DNA from: a bacterium
Lineage (GTDB): Bacteria; Babelota; Babeliae; Babelales; UBA12409
Assembly: GCA_018660415.1 (NCBI GenBank)
Contig: JABJKG010000010.1
Span: 2,405-66,404 of the forward strand
Length of the DNA stretch: 64,000 nt
Direction of reading: 5' to 3'
A model generated the notes under the pieces. That model saw only the letters and a program-made list of their open reading frames with translations, was not told where the DNA came from and did not search any database. The translations under genes were made by a program, and so were the position numbers. Of this stretch, positions 29,340 to 39,517 are shown piece by piece; the stretch's first letter is position 1; each line of letters starts with the position of its first letter.

Positions 29340-29600
29340 TTATACTAGCTCGAACCGCTTTGAAAAGGGCGGCTTATCAATAGTTTCTATAAACATTGTT
29401 AATGGTCTGACCCACAAAGTATTACTTCCAAAATCGGAATCATACTCCGCTCGATAGACAACCATTAACTCTAATGTTTCGCTATGGCGAGCAAGTTCGA
29501 TAACTGTGTACATCTTGCCTTTATAATGACGGTAAGATCCATCTAGAACGATTTGGTTGATAGCTTCTTGTTCTTGTGGTGAGGTCGGTTTTATGGCCAT
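29340..29600 (-). CDS. DUF1653 family protein
   Basis: G.YRHYKG..Y.V...ARHSET.E.MVVYRA...LWVRP..MF...RF signature. Confidence 0.9.
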   Translation of the reverse strand: MAIKPTSPQEQEAINQIVLDGSYRHYKGKMYTVIELARHSETLELMVVYRAEYDSDFGSNTLWVRPLTMFIETIDKPPFSKRFELV

Positions 29601-29606
29601 ATTATC

Positions 29607-30143
29607 CTATTTTTTTGTAGATTTTACTTCTACCACTCTAAAGGGTAAATTTGGTTTGGTTTCGAAAGTCCATGGCTTAACTGTTTGGGTTCTATCTAAA
29701 ATTTGGTGCATGCATAGATCATTGGTAGCAAGTACACAATACAACATTTCTGCAGGAATACTGATGGGTGTTGTAGGGTTCGCTACTAGTAAACTCCATC
29801 TTTTGTTTCCACGCACGGAACTCTGAGTCCAAATTTTACAGCCTCCATTTACAACAGTAAAGTTTTCTACTGATTCATGGGTATGGGGGCGTACATATTC
29901 TCTTTCTCCTAAGAACATTAAACGATGTTTTGTGCCAGTTGCACTATCGTCTGTAAAGCCTTGCCAGAACCCAGCTCCAGACAAACCACTTCCACATCGA
30001 TTGATGGCAACCTGCTTGGTGTGGTAATGTGCTTCAAATGCGGTATAAGCTTCATTATATCTTGATGCACCTCGTTTAGTTATATCCCCTTGCCCTTGTA
30101 TAACGATTGGCAAACCAAAAAGAATGAAAAGGTATTTTAACAT
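29607..30143 (-). CDS. Secreted cupin-fold protein
   Basis: Signal peptide; PHTHESVE.F.V..G and IPA cupin motifs; the second His position reads Tyr. Confidence 0.55.
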   Translation of the reverse strand: MLKYLFILFGLPIVIQGQGDITKRGASRYNEAYTAFEAHYHTKQVAINRCGSGLSGAGFWQGFTDDSATGTKHRLMFLGEREYVRPHTHESVENFTVVNGGCKIWTQSSVRGNKRWSLLVANPTTPISIPAEMLYCVLATNDLCMHQILDRTQTVKPWTFETKPNLPFRVVEVKSTKK

Positions 30144-30284
30144 TGTGTGCTTTCTACATGTATTATATTGTTTAAAATACTAAGGGTATATTACACTGCC
30201 ATATAAGTGAAGGGGGACACACTCTTGGAGTATGACAACTAATATAAAAAACTGCTTTATTTATATGTTTAAAAAGGATTTTCT

Positions 30285-30971
30285 ATGGGGTTTAAAATAC
30301 TTTTACTTATAGGGCTTAGTTGTATTACGCAGATCTCTTCATACCAATTTCATTTTGCTTGCCAAGAGCTTTCAGCTGATATTATTCAACGGATGTCCTA
30401 TACATGGCGTGATGATTCTCCGGTTCCTTGTAAGGATTTGTGCTATATACAACTATCACATTTTGATTTTAATGGTGAAGTACAGCAAGGGGAGCTTATT
30501 GTGCATAGGTTGGCCGTAGATGATATAGAGTTTATTTTTGAACAACTTTTTATAGCAACATTTCCATTAACCTCCATGAAGTTTATTGACGAATTTGAAG
30601 GATCTGATGATGCGTCAATGAAGGCAAACAACACCAGTGCTTTTTATGCGCGTAAGGTGGCGGGTAAGAGCTATTGGTCTAATCATTCTTATGGGTTGGC
30701 CATAGATATTAACCCACTGATTAATCCTTATTGTAAGGGAGATTTTTGTTGTCCTGAGCAAGGGAAAGTTAACTTGAAAAATAGATCTTATAGTAAAGCG
30801 GGAATGATTACTTCTGATTCTGATATATACGATCTTTTTTTGTCTCGTGGGTGGGAATGGGGAGGAGAATGTTTTTACGATTATGATGGTGTTATTGACT
30901 TACATCATTTTCAAAAAGCTATTCCGGGAATTAATAAAAGTACAAACAGATTGTTTTTTTCTAGTAGGTAG
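30285..30971 (+). CDS. M15 family Zn metallopeptidase (D-Ala-D-Ala carboxypeptidase-like)
   Basis: NNTSAF.AR, SNHSYGLAIDINP, WGG and DLHHFQK motifs. Confidence 0.88.
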   Translation: MGFKILLLIGLSCITQISSYQFHFACQELSADIIQRMSYTWRDDSPVPCKDLCYIQLSHFDFNGEVQQGELIVHRLAVDDIEFIFEQLFIATFPLTSMKFIDEFEGSDDASMKANNTSAFYARKVAGKSYWSNHSYGLAIDINPLINPYCKGDFCCPEQGKVNLKNRSYSKAGMITSDSDIYDLFLSRGWEWGGECFYDYDGVIDLHHFQKAIPGINKSTNRLFFSSR

Positions 30972-31003
30972 GCCACTCTAAGAAAAACAAAAAAGGGAAT
31001 GGA

Positions 31004-31981
31004 ATGATATACAGTGATATTGTATTATTAGTAGTTGGCTTGGGGCTGTTATGGTGGGCTGGTGAATTAACAGTTAAGTATGCTTTAGAGATGGCTCACA
31101 TGTTTGGTTTTTCCATGCTGTTCATGGGGTTTATTGTTATTTCGGTATCGACAGGTCTTCCTGAGTTGGCGATTGCTATTGCTTCAATTTATACAGGCGT
31201 GCATTCACTATCAGTAGGTGCAATTTTAGGGTCAAACTTTTCCGATATAGCACTCGTTTTAGGAGCGCCAGCTTTTTTTATACAAACATTGTGTATTGGG
31301 GCGGAAGAGTATAAAGAATCGGTTTTTATATTGGGATTATCGGCAGCGGTTATGGCGTTTGTTTTTTTATGGGGCGAATTGCATTGGTGGTCAGGAATCT
31401 TGTTGATTTTAGTTTATATAGGAGCATTGATAACGGTTTGGCAGTTACGACGGATTCGTGATGCTGCTCATTCTTATGTAGAAAAAGAATTAAAACCTGA
31501 GTATGAACCGCATGAAGCTGGTTGGTCATATAAGTTGTGGATAATAATAAAACTATTACTGAGTGCGTTAGTAGTTTGGCTCGGATCTCATTTATCGGTA
31601 TCCTCTACGGTTAGACTTGCTGAGTTTTTACCGTGGTCAATTGAGACTTTAGGAGAAACTATCATGGCAATAGGGACCAGTTTGCCTGAGCTTGCGATTG
31701 CGATCATTGCTGCGCGTCGCAAACAGTACTCTCTAGCCATTGGAACATCGTTTGGTTCGGTACTTGAGCAAGGGACTTTAATTTTAGGAATTTTGGCATT
31801 ATTTTCAGGAAACACTATTGTGATTGCAAACTTTAGACACATTGCACCATTTATGTTTATTGCTTTTGCCATTGTCGGGTATGGCATTATTCGTCGTGAA
31901 AAAATCAATAGAAAAGAGGGTGGCGCATTGCTCACCCTCTATATAGTATTTCTAGCGTATGAATTTTTTTATAAAGTATAA
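31004..31981 (+). CDS. Ca2+/Na+ antiporter (YrbG/CaCA family)
   Basis: Two alpha repeats STGLPEL and GTSLPEL, GSN motif, about 10 TM helices. Confidence 0.9.
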   Translation: MIYSDIVLLVVGLGLLWWAGELTVKYALEMAHMFGFSMLFMGFIVISVSTGLPELAIAIASIYTGVHSLSVGAILGSNFSDIALVLGAPAFFIQTLCIGAEEYKESVFILGLSAAVMAFVFLWGELHWWSGILLILVYIGALITVWQLRRIRDAAHSYVEKELKPEYEPHEAGWSYKLWIIIKLLLSALVVWLGSHLSVSSTVRLAEFLPWSIETLGETIMAIGTSLPELAIAIIAARRKQYSLAIGTSFGSVLEQGTLILGILALFSGNTIVIANFRHIAPFMFIAFAIVGYGIIRREKINRKEGGALLTLYIVFLAYEFFYKV

Positions 31982-31985
31982 AAAA

Positions 31986-32633
31986 TTATCGACTTTCATC
32001 ACCAAAATCTTTAACCCAGGTTTCCCATTCAACATCATCCTCTTCCTCGTACGGAATTTCTGGGCTTGCTTGACCGAGTCTCATGGCCTCGTGGACTTCA
32101 TCTGGAGCATGTGTTATTGAAAACTCCAGTCTTTGAGCATCGCTGACATCAGGCCTTAAAAACCCACGGTTAAGGGTTAATACACCGGTAACAGCGTGTC
32201 TTGTTAGGTCTAAATAAGGAGTAAGTTTAACTTCTGTTATACCAGAAGCGGCTGTAAGACTACTACTTTCATCACTGCCAAACCGTCGTCGCAAGTAAAG
32301 TCGGATAAAGTGGACTAGGGGGGGCTGTTGTAAGTACATTTTCATTCCCGTATTAACAGGAGGAACTTCAAACAGTTTCAGGGTTTCCCGGTCTTGATTA
32401 AATTCGCGAGGAACTATGATTGGAAAATCAGAGGTAGGGAGTATGGTGCGCGCTCCAGGGTAGGGGATGTCCATTTCTCGGGAAGCGGGAGTATCTGACC
32501 ATCGCTCTAAGGCTAGCCCTGTTTGGTTTATAATACGGCTTATATAGACCCCAGGTTTGGTTTCAGGCTCTTGAGCCAGAGAGAGCATTGGGATACTTAA
32601 TATTGTAAAGAGAATGACTATTAATTTTTGCAT
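31986..32633 (-). CDS. Secreted protein, array D member 6
   Basis: Signal peptide then PGVYISRIINQTG; YPGA...LPT also seen in member 1. Confidence 0.75.
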   Translation of the reverse strand: MQKLIVILFTILSIPMLSLAQEPETKPGVYISRIINQTGLALERWSDTPASREMDIPYPGARTILPTSDFPIIVPREFNQDRETLKLFEVPPVNTGMKMYLQQPPLVHFIRLYLRRRFGSDESSSLTAASGITEVKLTPYLDLTRHAVTGVLTLNRGFLRPDVSDAQRLEFSITHAPDEVHEAMRLGQASPEIPYEEEDDVEWETWVKDFGDESR

Positions 32634-32644
32634 TGATTTTTCCT

Positions 32645-33232
32645 TTATTGTAAGAGCGTTTCATCATCATCGCTGCCATCGTCATAATCTGGTTCTATTT
32701 CAGCGTAAATAGGTGCGCCTACTAGGTCATTAGGCCCTTGAGTTATTTGGAACTCACACTTGGGTATTCTATTTCCTGGAGTTCCTTCTTTATAAAATTT
32801 TAAAATCCCTTGAACAATGTCTCTTTTTGGATCAACCATCGGAGTTAGATATTCCGGTAAAGAACCGGAAGAGCATGCTGCCGTTAGGCAGGCATGCCTT
32901 TTTGTATGGGGGGATTGAGCTGATTGTAGGGATAGAAAAATAGTATACCTAGCGAGTAGAAGGTGTTGGTTGAAATTAGTGCGTCTCTCTGTTAATTGAA
33001 AAGTCTGGCATCCTTTCGATAAAGCATTGGATACTAGAAGAGGGTAGGCTTCAATGTCGGTTGGTTCTAGGCAATGGTTAGTGCCTTGCTTGCCTGTCTC
33101 ACTATCAACTAAGTGCCGAATATCCATATTGGTTCTGTTGGTAATACCCAGTATATAAACACCGGGTGCTTGAACCGTATAAGTAATATGTACACTCAGG
33201 ATGGCGCAGAGAATCAGATTTAATTTTTTCAT
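32645..33232 (-). CDS. Secreted protein, array D member 5
   Basis: Signal peptide then PGVYILGITNRTN; YLTP..D..R..V.G.L shared with member 6. Confidence 0.75.
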   Translation of the reverse strand: MKKLNLILCAILSVHITYTVQAPGVYILGITNRTNMDIRHLVDSETGKQGTNHCLEPTDIEAYPLLVSNALSKGCQTFQLTERRTNFNQHLLLARYTIFLSLQSAQSPHTKRHACLTAACSSGSLPEYLTPMVDPKRDIVQGILKFYKEGTPGNRIPKCEFQITQGPNDLVGAPIYAEIEPDYDDGSDDDETLLQ

Positions 33233-33344
33233 AAGATGACCTTTGATATGATAAGAAAGCTCCATTTTTAATTTCATTATTAGTATATAATGCCTTTGCT
33301 TAGGTGTAAATTGCCCCCGTGTAATGGCGGTATTAGGACTTTAG

Positions 33345-33803
33345 TTACTGTCTTTCGGTACCTTCGTTGGGTAGAACCGTAAATCGAGTCCTAGGTATTG
33401 AGTGTCGAGAAAAAACTCCGGGATAAAAGGTGAGTTTTCCTTTTATTCCCTGCCCGCTGTAGCGTGGGATATTGGTGGAATACCGAAGAGTTTTATTTGA
33501 ACGAGATACACCTTGAAGAACTATTCGTTCTGATCTATAGGTGGTTTGTACATCAATCTTGAAAAATTGTTGTCCTACTTTAAGCACCATTTGTGTGTTA
33601 TCAAAAAAGGTCGGTATTTTTAAAGGAGAACCTTCAGTTATGGCGATTGGATGAAGAGAGAGATCGGCTGTCATGCTCATAACATAGGGAACGATACTTT
33701 GAGAGGTGTTATTTTCAATAGCCGCAATGTAAACACCTTCATTGGATTTTCCGGAAGCAGATATGGGTATAAGAAAAATGAGTATAATGAAAAAAGGTTT
33801 CAT
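33345..33803 (-). CDS. Secreted protein, array D member 4
   Basis: Signal peptide then EGVYIAAIENNTS; PLKIP, LKVG and KGKLTFY. Confidence 0.75.
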   Translation of the reverse strand: MKPFFIILIFLIPISASGKSNEGVYIAAIENNTSQSIVPYVMSMTADLSLHPIAITEGSPLKIPTFFDNTQMVLKVGQQFFKIDVQTTYRSERIVLQGVSRSNKTLRYSTNIPRYSGQGIKGKLTFYPGVFSRHSIPRTRFTVLPNEGTERQ

Positions 33804-33816
33804 ATATTTAGTCTCT

Positions 33817-34281
33817 CTAAGGATATTCTATAGGTTGGTGTAGGGTGAACACTGCTTTTAATGCTCGCCTTCGGCTAACCAATAGTCCTTGATAAAGAGT
33901 AAGGGCTCCTTTAGTCCGCTGGTACGGGCTAGTGTACACTCTGCTTATTTCCTGTCCCTCTTGGTATAAGGTAGAGTGTTGTAGATACAGCATTATTTGT
34001 TGAGATTCTTGCTCATGTACCTGTACATTCAAATGGAATAATGCAGATCCGACCTTAATTATTAATTCTTCAGTATCTGTAGATAAAGGAATTTTAAGGG
34101 GAAACTTGAATGTGGGTTCTAGGAGTTGTAATGATGTCATACTAAATTTTTCTTTTTTATATAAGGAAACTTCTTCTTCTGTTTGATTAAGAAGGGTATC
34201 AATATAAATACCACCTTCCCTACTTATTCCTGAAATAGAGAAACAACTGAAAATGAGGATGAACAAACAATAGTATTTCAC
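33817..34281 (-). CDS. Secreted protein, array D member 3
   Basis: Signal peptide then GGIYIDTLLNQTE; PLKIP, IKVG and KGALTLY. Confidence 0.75.
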   Translation of the reverse strand: MKYYCLFILIFSCFSISGISREGGIYIDTLLNQTEEEVSLYKKEKFSMTSLQLLEPTFKFPLKIPLSTDTEELIIKVGSALFHLNVQVHEQESQQIMLYLQHSTLYQEGQEISRVYTSPYQRTKGALTLYQGLLVSRRRALKAVFTLHQPIEYP

Positions 34282-34295
34282 AGGGTACTCTTTTG

Positions 34296-34772
34296 TTAAT
34301 AAAGTGGTGAAGGTGTCTGAAAAAAGAGAGCCACATCTTGATTTGTTGGCAACGGGGTTTCAAGTAGATTTGCATAAAGGTATAGAGTTCCTGTAACAAT
34401 GTTTCCACTAGTTCTTTGCAGAATGCTTGAGCAGGCCATTTCACGAACTATTCTTTCTATCCGCATTGGACGTAAAATAACCTTTTCAGTACCATATTTG
34501 TCTTTTATATATAAGTTGAACCACTTTTCTGAAACCTTAAATAGTAGCTGTTCGCTATGTTCCTCAGGAATACGGATAGGAGAGCCTACGGTTACCTCTA
34601 CTGGTGGGACATCATCATTACTAGGACGAGCTCTTTTGTACAATCTTACCTCTTTACCTGTTCTATTTATAAGTTGGGAGATATAAACTCCTTTCAGGCT
34701 TTCACCGCAAATGGATGAATATGCGAAAGTTGTGAGTGTGATCAAATAAAAATATTTCATTGGAGCTTTCAT
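34296..34772 (-). CDS. Secreted protein, array D member 2
   Basis: Signal peptide then KGVYISQLINRTG; PIRIP and VTGTLYLY. Confidence 0.75.
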   Translation of the reverse strand: MKAPMKYFYLITLTTFAYSSICGESLKGVYISQLINRTGKEVRLYKRARPSNDDVPPVEVTVGSPIRIPEEHSEQLLFKVSEKWFNLYIKDKYGTEKVILRPMRIERIVREMACSSILQRTSGNIVTGTLYLYANLLETPLPTNQDVALFFQTPSPLY

Positions 34773-34810
34773 TTAAAAGTAAGATGACTTTTATCGGGTA
34801 TATTTACTAT

Positions 34811-35314
34811 TTATTCAACACTATTTAACTTCAAGGTCGCCCGGTCTTCGTTTGGAACATTTATATAAGGCAACTTGGTCCTAAGGTATAAAGTGGCAGT
34901 TACGACTCTATTAGAAGGAAATTGTTGTATGTCAATTGAACAGTTAGACAATAGGTTTGTGATGCAAAACATATTATTGCTTTCTGATGTGTCACCTTTG
35001 ACCACAAGGCTGAACCTATAGGCTTGTTTTTGGAGTAGAGGGTTAGATATTACGCGAATAATTTCTTCCCTATTTAGTTGAAAATTTGTTGGGACTCTGA
35101 TTGGTTTAGTCGGTGTTGGGAGGTCTCTTTTGGCTCCTGGATATTTAGGGCCAGCTGATCCTGGTTCGTTATGGTAGCTCAAGAGCTCTATAAGAAGTCC
35201 ACTTTCGTTAACGATTTGCTCTATATACAGGCCTGGCTCTTTAGCTGGGAATATAGAGCCGACGATTCCGAACATACCAAGACTCATGAGTGAATACTTA
35301 ATGACTTTATTCAT
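34811..35314 (-). CDS. Secreted protein, array D member 1
   Basis: Signal peptide then PGLYIEQIVNESG; PIRVP and VTATLYL. Confidence 0.75.
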   Translation of the reverse strand: MNKVIKYSLMSLGMFGIVGSIFPAKEPGLYIEQIVNESGLLIELLSYHNEPGSAGPKYPGAKRDLPTPTKPIRVPTNFQLNREEIIRVISNPLLQKQAYRFSLVVKGDTSESNNMFCITNLLSNCSIDIQQFPSNRVVTATLYLRTKLPYINVPNEDRATLKLNSVE

Positions 35315-35423
35315 AAAAACCTTATTTAGATGTTTGTTTTTATAATTAGTTGTTGGCAAAAATAATTATCATCATGATAAGCTATTTATGTTTTTTTGCA
35401 AAAGGTTTTTAGGGGATAAATAG

Positions 35424-36062
35424 TTATTGTTTTTTTGTTCGTTGTAAAATATTGATAGCTTCCTGATCACTTACCTGAGGGAATTCTTCATAGAATTGTC
35501 CAACAGCTTTAAAGTCAGTTGGTGTTATCAGGCTAATGACTTTATCGGCGAATCGTTCGAGGTATGGAAGGGTATCGGCTGGGATGACAGGAACCGCAGC
35601 AATAATTTCTTGAGGTTTTTGCTTACGGACATGCTTGATGGTTTCAATAAAGGTGCGCCCCGTGGCTATACCATCATCGACAATGATGACAATTTTATTC
35701 TTAAAAGGAGTTTTGCTTGGATCATAGTCGGTATTATGATACTCGCGATATCGCTCTTGGAGCAGTTTTTGAATGCGAGGGACCTCAGTGGCTATATATT
35801 CATCTGAGATCAAAGGGGCATAGGCTGCATGGATCGAGATGCTGTCCAGGCTGATAGCACCGATGGCTAGCTCCTTATTGTTAGGAGCGCCAATTTTCTT
35901 TGATAAGACGACGTCTAACGGTAAATGAAGCTCGGTTGCCAATAGCTCACCCATAGGCAACGCGCCGCGTGGGATGGCGACAATGACAGCATTCTTCATA
36001 TCCTTGTATGCACTGAGCTGTTCCAAGAGACCTTCAGCAGCACTAATCCGACTTTTGAACAT
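35424..36062 (-). CDS. Phosphoribosyltransferase family protein
   Basis: AIPRG, KKIGAP.N.ELAIGA, IIVDDGIATG (PRPP loop) and AVGQFYEEFPQVSD. Confidence 0.92.
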   Translation of the reverse strand: MFKSRISAAEGLLEQLSAYKDMKNAVIVAIPRGALPMGELLATELHLPLDVVLSKKIGAPNNKELAIGAISLDSISIHAAYAPLISDEYIATEVPRIQKLLQERYREYHNTDYDPSKTPFKNKIVIIVDDGIATGRTFIETIKHVRKQKPQEIIAAVPVIPADTLPYLERFADKVISLITPTDFKAVGQFYEEFPQVSDQEAINILQRTKKQ

Positions 36063-36197
36063 AAAAAACCCTTCTTTTTAATCAATGTTATCGGTTTGCA
36101 CTTGTCAAAGTAAAGGATCATTAATGAGGGGGCTTTTTAGTTCTATTTGAAACCATGGTATAATTGATGTTAAATGGTTTTCAAATGGAGGTTTTAC

Positions 36198-38807
36198 ATG
36201 ATTTTTCAAAGAATTTTAATAAGTTTATTCTTACTGCCTATTATTGTTAGTCCTGGTGAGTTTGGATTGCACCAATGGGTCAAAGAGGGTGATGTTAGAG
36301 GTGTGACTCGTGCGTTAGCGCTTTCTCCACCCCATGATTACAATGTTAACTTAGCCAATCCAGATGGTGATCGGCCGTTACATTGTCTTCCAGATAATAA
36401 AAATGCTGGATCCATAGCGTTGGCTTTATTGAGGAAGGGTGCTGATGCAGGTTTATATAATCGTGCTGGGTTTACTCCATTGACTAATGCTATCAGTAAC
36501 CAGTGGTTACAGCCTTTTATGGCTTTAGCTGAGCAGGGTGAATGGGGAGGTGTTAATGTGCCCGATAGGCTTAAAGGGCGTAGTCCATTAAATTGGTTAA
36601 TGCGTAAACATCATCGTTCGGTACAAAAGAAATTAGGCATGATGTATGATGCAACCGAAACAGCAGATGCCTTACAGGTATTATTAGCCAATGGTGCAGA
36701 TCCATATATTCCCGATAAAAAAGAAAGTTTGCCATTGCATTGGGCCGTACGACGTGGTTGTCCTTTGACGACTCAGATACTAGGGGCTAAAATGTCTGAT
36801 TTTTCCATAGGCGATGATGAAGGGTTAACACCATTACACTGGGGAATTTATAATTATGCTGCCGTGAGTGGTATTTCTCCAAGAAATGGGGATCCTTTTT
36901 TAAATAATGCACATGATTTTTGTGATCATACTCCAGGCTTTACAGAAGCTGAAGCTATACAGGTGTGTCGAACGTTATTACCTAAAACTGATGTGAATCG
37001 GCAAGACGATCGTGGAGCTTCGGCAACCAATCTTTTATTTGGATTGTTTGGAGTATCTAGAGCCGCTGAAATGATTAATAAATTTACTGAACCGGTTGAT
37101 CGTGCTCCAATAATGGATATTTCTGACGCAGTTTTACAGTTAAGTACTGCTGATTGTGCAAAACAGGCAGGTTTCCCTTTTGAGAGACTTGGGCGGGTTG
37201 CTAACTTTTTTGAACAAGATATAAATAGTCAATCCTTACGCATGGCATTACTAGGATGTATTGATTCTACTTACCTTTTACAGTGTAGAGATCTACCAGG
37301 TCTTACCCAAAAAGGGATGACGCCATTGATGTGGCATTGCCTTCTAGATTCAATGGTAAAGGGTGGTATTCCTGGTTTTGCTCGGCAGGCTGCTATATAT
37401 TTACATAAGGGTATAGATCCTACTCAAGGTGATAGAGATGATAGTTTTAGTCCTATCCTTATGTTATTTGCTAAATCCTCAGAAGATCCAACGGTAAAGC
37501 CATTATTTCAATCTTTATTAACGAAAATAAAGGCACTTTCGGCTCCTGATGGAGGAGAGGTAGTAACTGTTAATATTATGGGAAATCCTTTACCGATTAA
37601 CGTATTTGAACAAATGGGTGATATGCAAAAACCATCGACATTGCCTTTTACTAATAATCCTGTGACTTTGACACCAGATCAAATGAGAGGGAATTTGGAT
37701 TCTGTTGATGATGAAGAAAAAAAGAAACAACTCGTTGCGTCATATTTTTCATTAGCGGTTGGATTTTGCAATGTTTCTCAGTTTAAATTTCTTGCTAATG
37801 AATTTGGGGCCTATCAATCAGAGATGGCCGGGAGTACTCCACTGAATATAATCGTAGGGCGTTTGACCACCGAGAGAATGTTAAAGGAAAAATCTGCGTT
37901 GAGAAATGTTGAAGCGATTATGGATTTTCCTATGCCAGATAATATAGGTTCGGGTGGAAGCATGGGATTTGATGATGATGAATATTTAAAATCCAATCCA
38001 GGCTTGAGAATGTCTCACATTGCTTTAGCACTTCGACGATTTCAAGCAGAAGTTGTTAAGTTTACAACGGAATATCCTGGAGCTATTGGCGGTTTTTTGC
38101 TACAGCATAGTATGGGTGAGGGCGTTAAGAAGTTCATGCCTGAAGTTGATCCAAAGGATACAGAGGCGATGTTTGAATTATTGTTAGAACGAACAGATCT
38201 TACGTTTCCATATGATTTACAAGGCTATTCGGTTTTTGATTATTGTGCAATCGGTAATTATCATCAAGGACTGGATAGATTAGTCGGCTATAATGAAAAG
38301 AATAAGGCACTGTCTGCTGTGGATATGCAAGAGCGTATTGATAAGGCGTTAATGAATGCAGCTGAGCATAAACAGGGTGTTATGCAAGAACACCTTATCT
38401 TGAATCATGGAGCCAATACAACTGATTTATCTCCTCAGCAGTTAGCATCTTTATATCGACGAGGCGTTGATGACAGAATTAATGATCCGCGTTGTTTAGC
38501 TCATTTACTTGAACAAGGCCGAGATCCTAACGTGCTTATTAATGCTAACAAAAAGTGGACAGTGTTACATAAGGCTGCAAGCGTCGGTAACCTGCTAGTA
38601 GTGAAATTACTTCTGGCTCAAGATGCTACCGATATTGATGCTACAGACAAGCAAGGACGAACGGCGTTGAAACTTGCAGAAAATTATCCTGAAGTTCAAG
38701 CTTATATAAATAGAAAAACACTAGAGAAACGACTAGCTAATTCTGTACCATTTGTTCCATTTGCATTTGATCCTAGTGCCGTAGAGTTTAATCCTTCAGG
38801 TCAGTAA
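36198..38807 (+). CDS. Large ankyrin-repeat protein with signal peptide
   Basis: GDRPLH, GFTPL, LPLHWA and GLTPLHW at the N-terminus; WTVLHKAA and GRTAL at the C-terminus; GGAGG RBS. Confidence 0.88.
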   Translation: MIFQRILISLFLLPIIVSPGEFGLHQWVKEGDVRGVTRALALSPPHDYNVNLANPDGDRPLHCLPDNKNAGSIALALLRKGADAGLYNRAGFTPLTNAISNQWLQPFMALAEQGEWGGVNVPDRLKGRSPLNWLMRKHHRSVQKKLGMMYDATETADALQVLLANGADPYIPDKKESLPLHWAVRRGCPLTTQILGAKMSDFSIGDDEGLTPLHWGIYNYAAVSGISPRNGDPFLNNAHDFCDHTPGFTEAEAIQVCRTLLPKTDVNRQDDRGASATNLLFGLFGVSRAAEMINKFTEPVDRAPIMDISDAVLQLSTADCAKQAGFPFERLGRVANFFEQDINSQSLRMALLGCIDSTYLLQCRDLPGLTQKGMTPLMWHCLLDSMVKGGIPGFARQAAIYLHKGIDPTQGDRDDSFSPILMLFAKSSEDPTVKPLFQSLLTKIKALSAPDGGEVVTVNIMGNPLPINVFEQMGDMQKPSTLPFTNNPVTLTPDQMRGNLDSVDDEEKKKQLVASYFSLAVGFCNVSQFKFLANEFGAYQSEMAGSTPLNIIVGRLTTERMLKEKSALRNVEAIMDFPMPDNIGSGGSMGFDDDEYLKSNPGLRMSHIALALRRFQAEVVKFTTEYPGAIGGFLLQHSMGEGVKKFMPEVDPKDTEAMFELLLERTDLTFPYDLQGYSVFDYCAIGNYHQGLDRLVGYNEKNKALSAVDMQERIDKALMNAAEHKQGVMQEHLILNHGANTTDLSPQQLASLYRRGVDDRINDPRCLAHLLEQGRDPNVLINANKKWTVLHKAASVGNLLVVKLLLAQDATDIDATDKQGRTALKLAENYPEVQAYINRKTLEKRLANSVPFVPFAFDPSAVEFNPSGQ

Positions 38808-38808
38808 C

Positions 38809-39447
38809 TTAGTCTTTATTTTGTCTAATGATCATGAAGATGAGTATACTTACCAGTGCGCCAAAGAAACACCACACGGAGATGAAAAAACCTGAATAGA
38901 AGAATGCTGCAGCAAAGAGTGAAGTAAGAATAGTAAGTCCAAACAGTTTCATATATCGGATGGTGGATATGAATAATGGAGCGATCGTCGCTAACACATA
39001 AAAGAGTAGTACAAAATCACCTGATATATACGTAGCTGGAATTTTATATTGGATATGACACGAGAGAACTTGTGACGTAGCGCCATGAAAAACTATCCAT
39101 AAAATCGATAATATTGACATAGCAATACCGAGCACGAGAAATATTAAAATGCCTAAGCGGGCATTTTTTTTTGGCTCCATGACATAGGTCGACAGTGGGA
39201 TCCACGTGGGCCAAAAGGGGATAGCAAAGAATAAAAATCCATACATTCCTATAGCCTGGAGTACTGGACTTAAATTATAGCCGATACTCGTCCATAAAAA
39301 CCCTTCAAATAATTGTTGTATTGCAAAGATGCATGGTATAGCTGCAAACAGTGCCTGTTTTTTATCTTTAATTTGCGATAAGATGAAAATACCGCCTAGC
39401 CCTAACATGGCTGCGGCAGAATAACTTGCGCCAGCAGAAAAACACAT
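38809..39447 (-). CDS. Multi-pass membrane protein (DUF6629-like)
   Basis: MCFSAGAS N-terminus, FAIQQLFEGFLW and SVWCFF motifs. Confidence 0.75.
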   Translation of the reverse strand: MCFSAGASYSAAAMLGLGGIFILSQIKDKKQALFAAIPCIFAIQQLFEGFLWTSIGYNLSPVLQAIGMYGFLFFAIPFWPTWIPLSTYVMEPKKNARLGILIFLVLGIAMSILSILWIVFHGATSQVLSCHIQYKIPATYISGDFVLLFYVLATIAPLFISTIRYMKLFGLTILTSLFAAAFFYSGFFISVWCFFGALVSILIFMIIRQNKD

Positions 39448-39517
39448 ACCATTTTCTCCTAAATTGTTGGCTTGTTAAAATTTATGATTTTATAAATACC
39501 ACGATTGAGGAAAAGTT

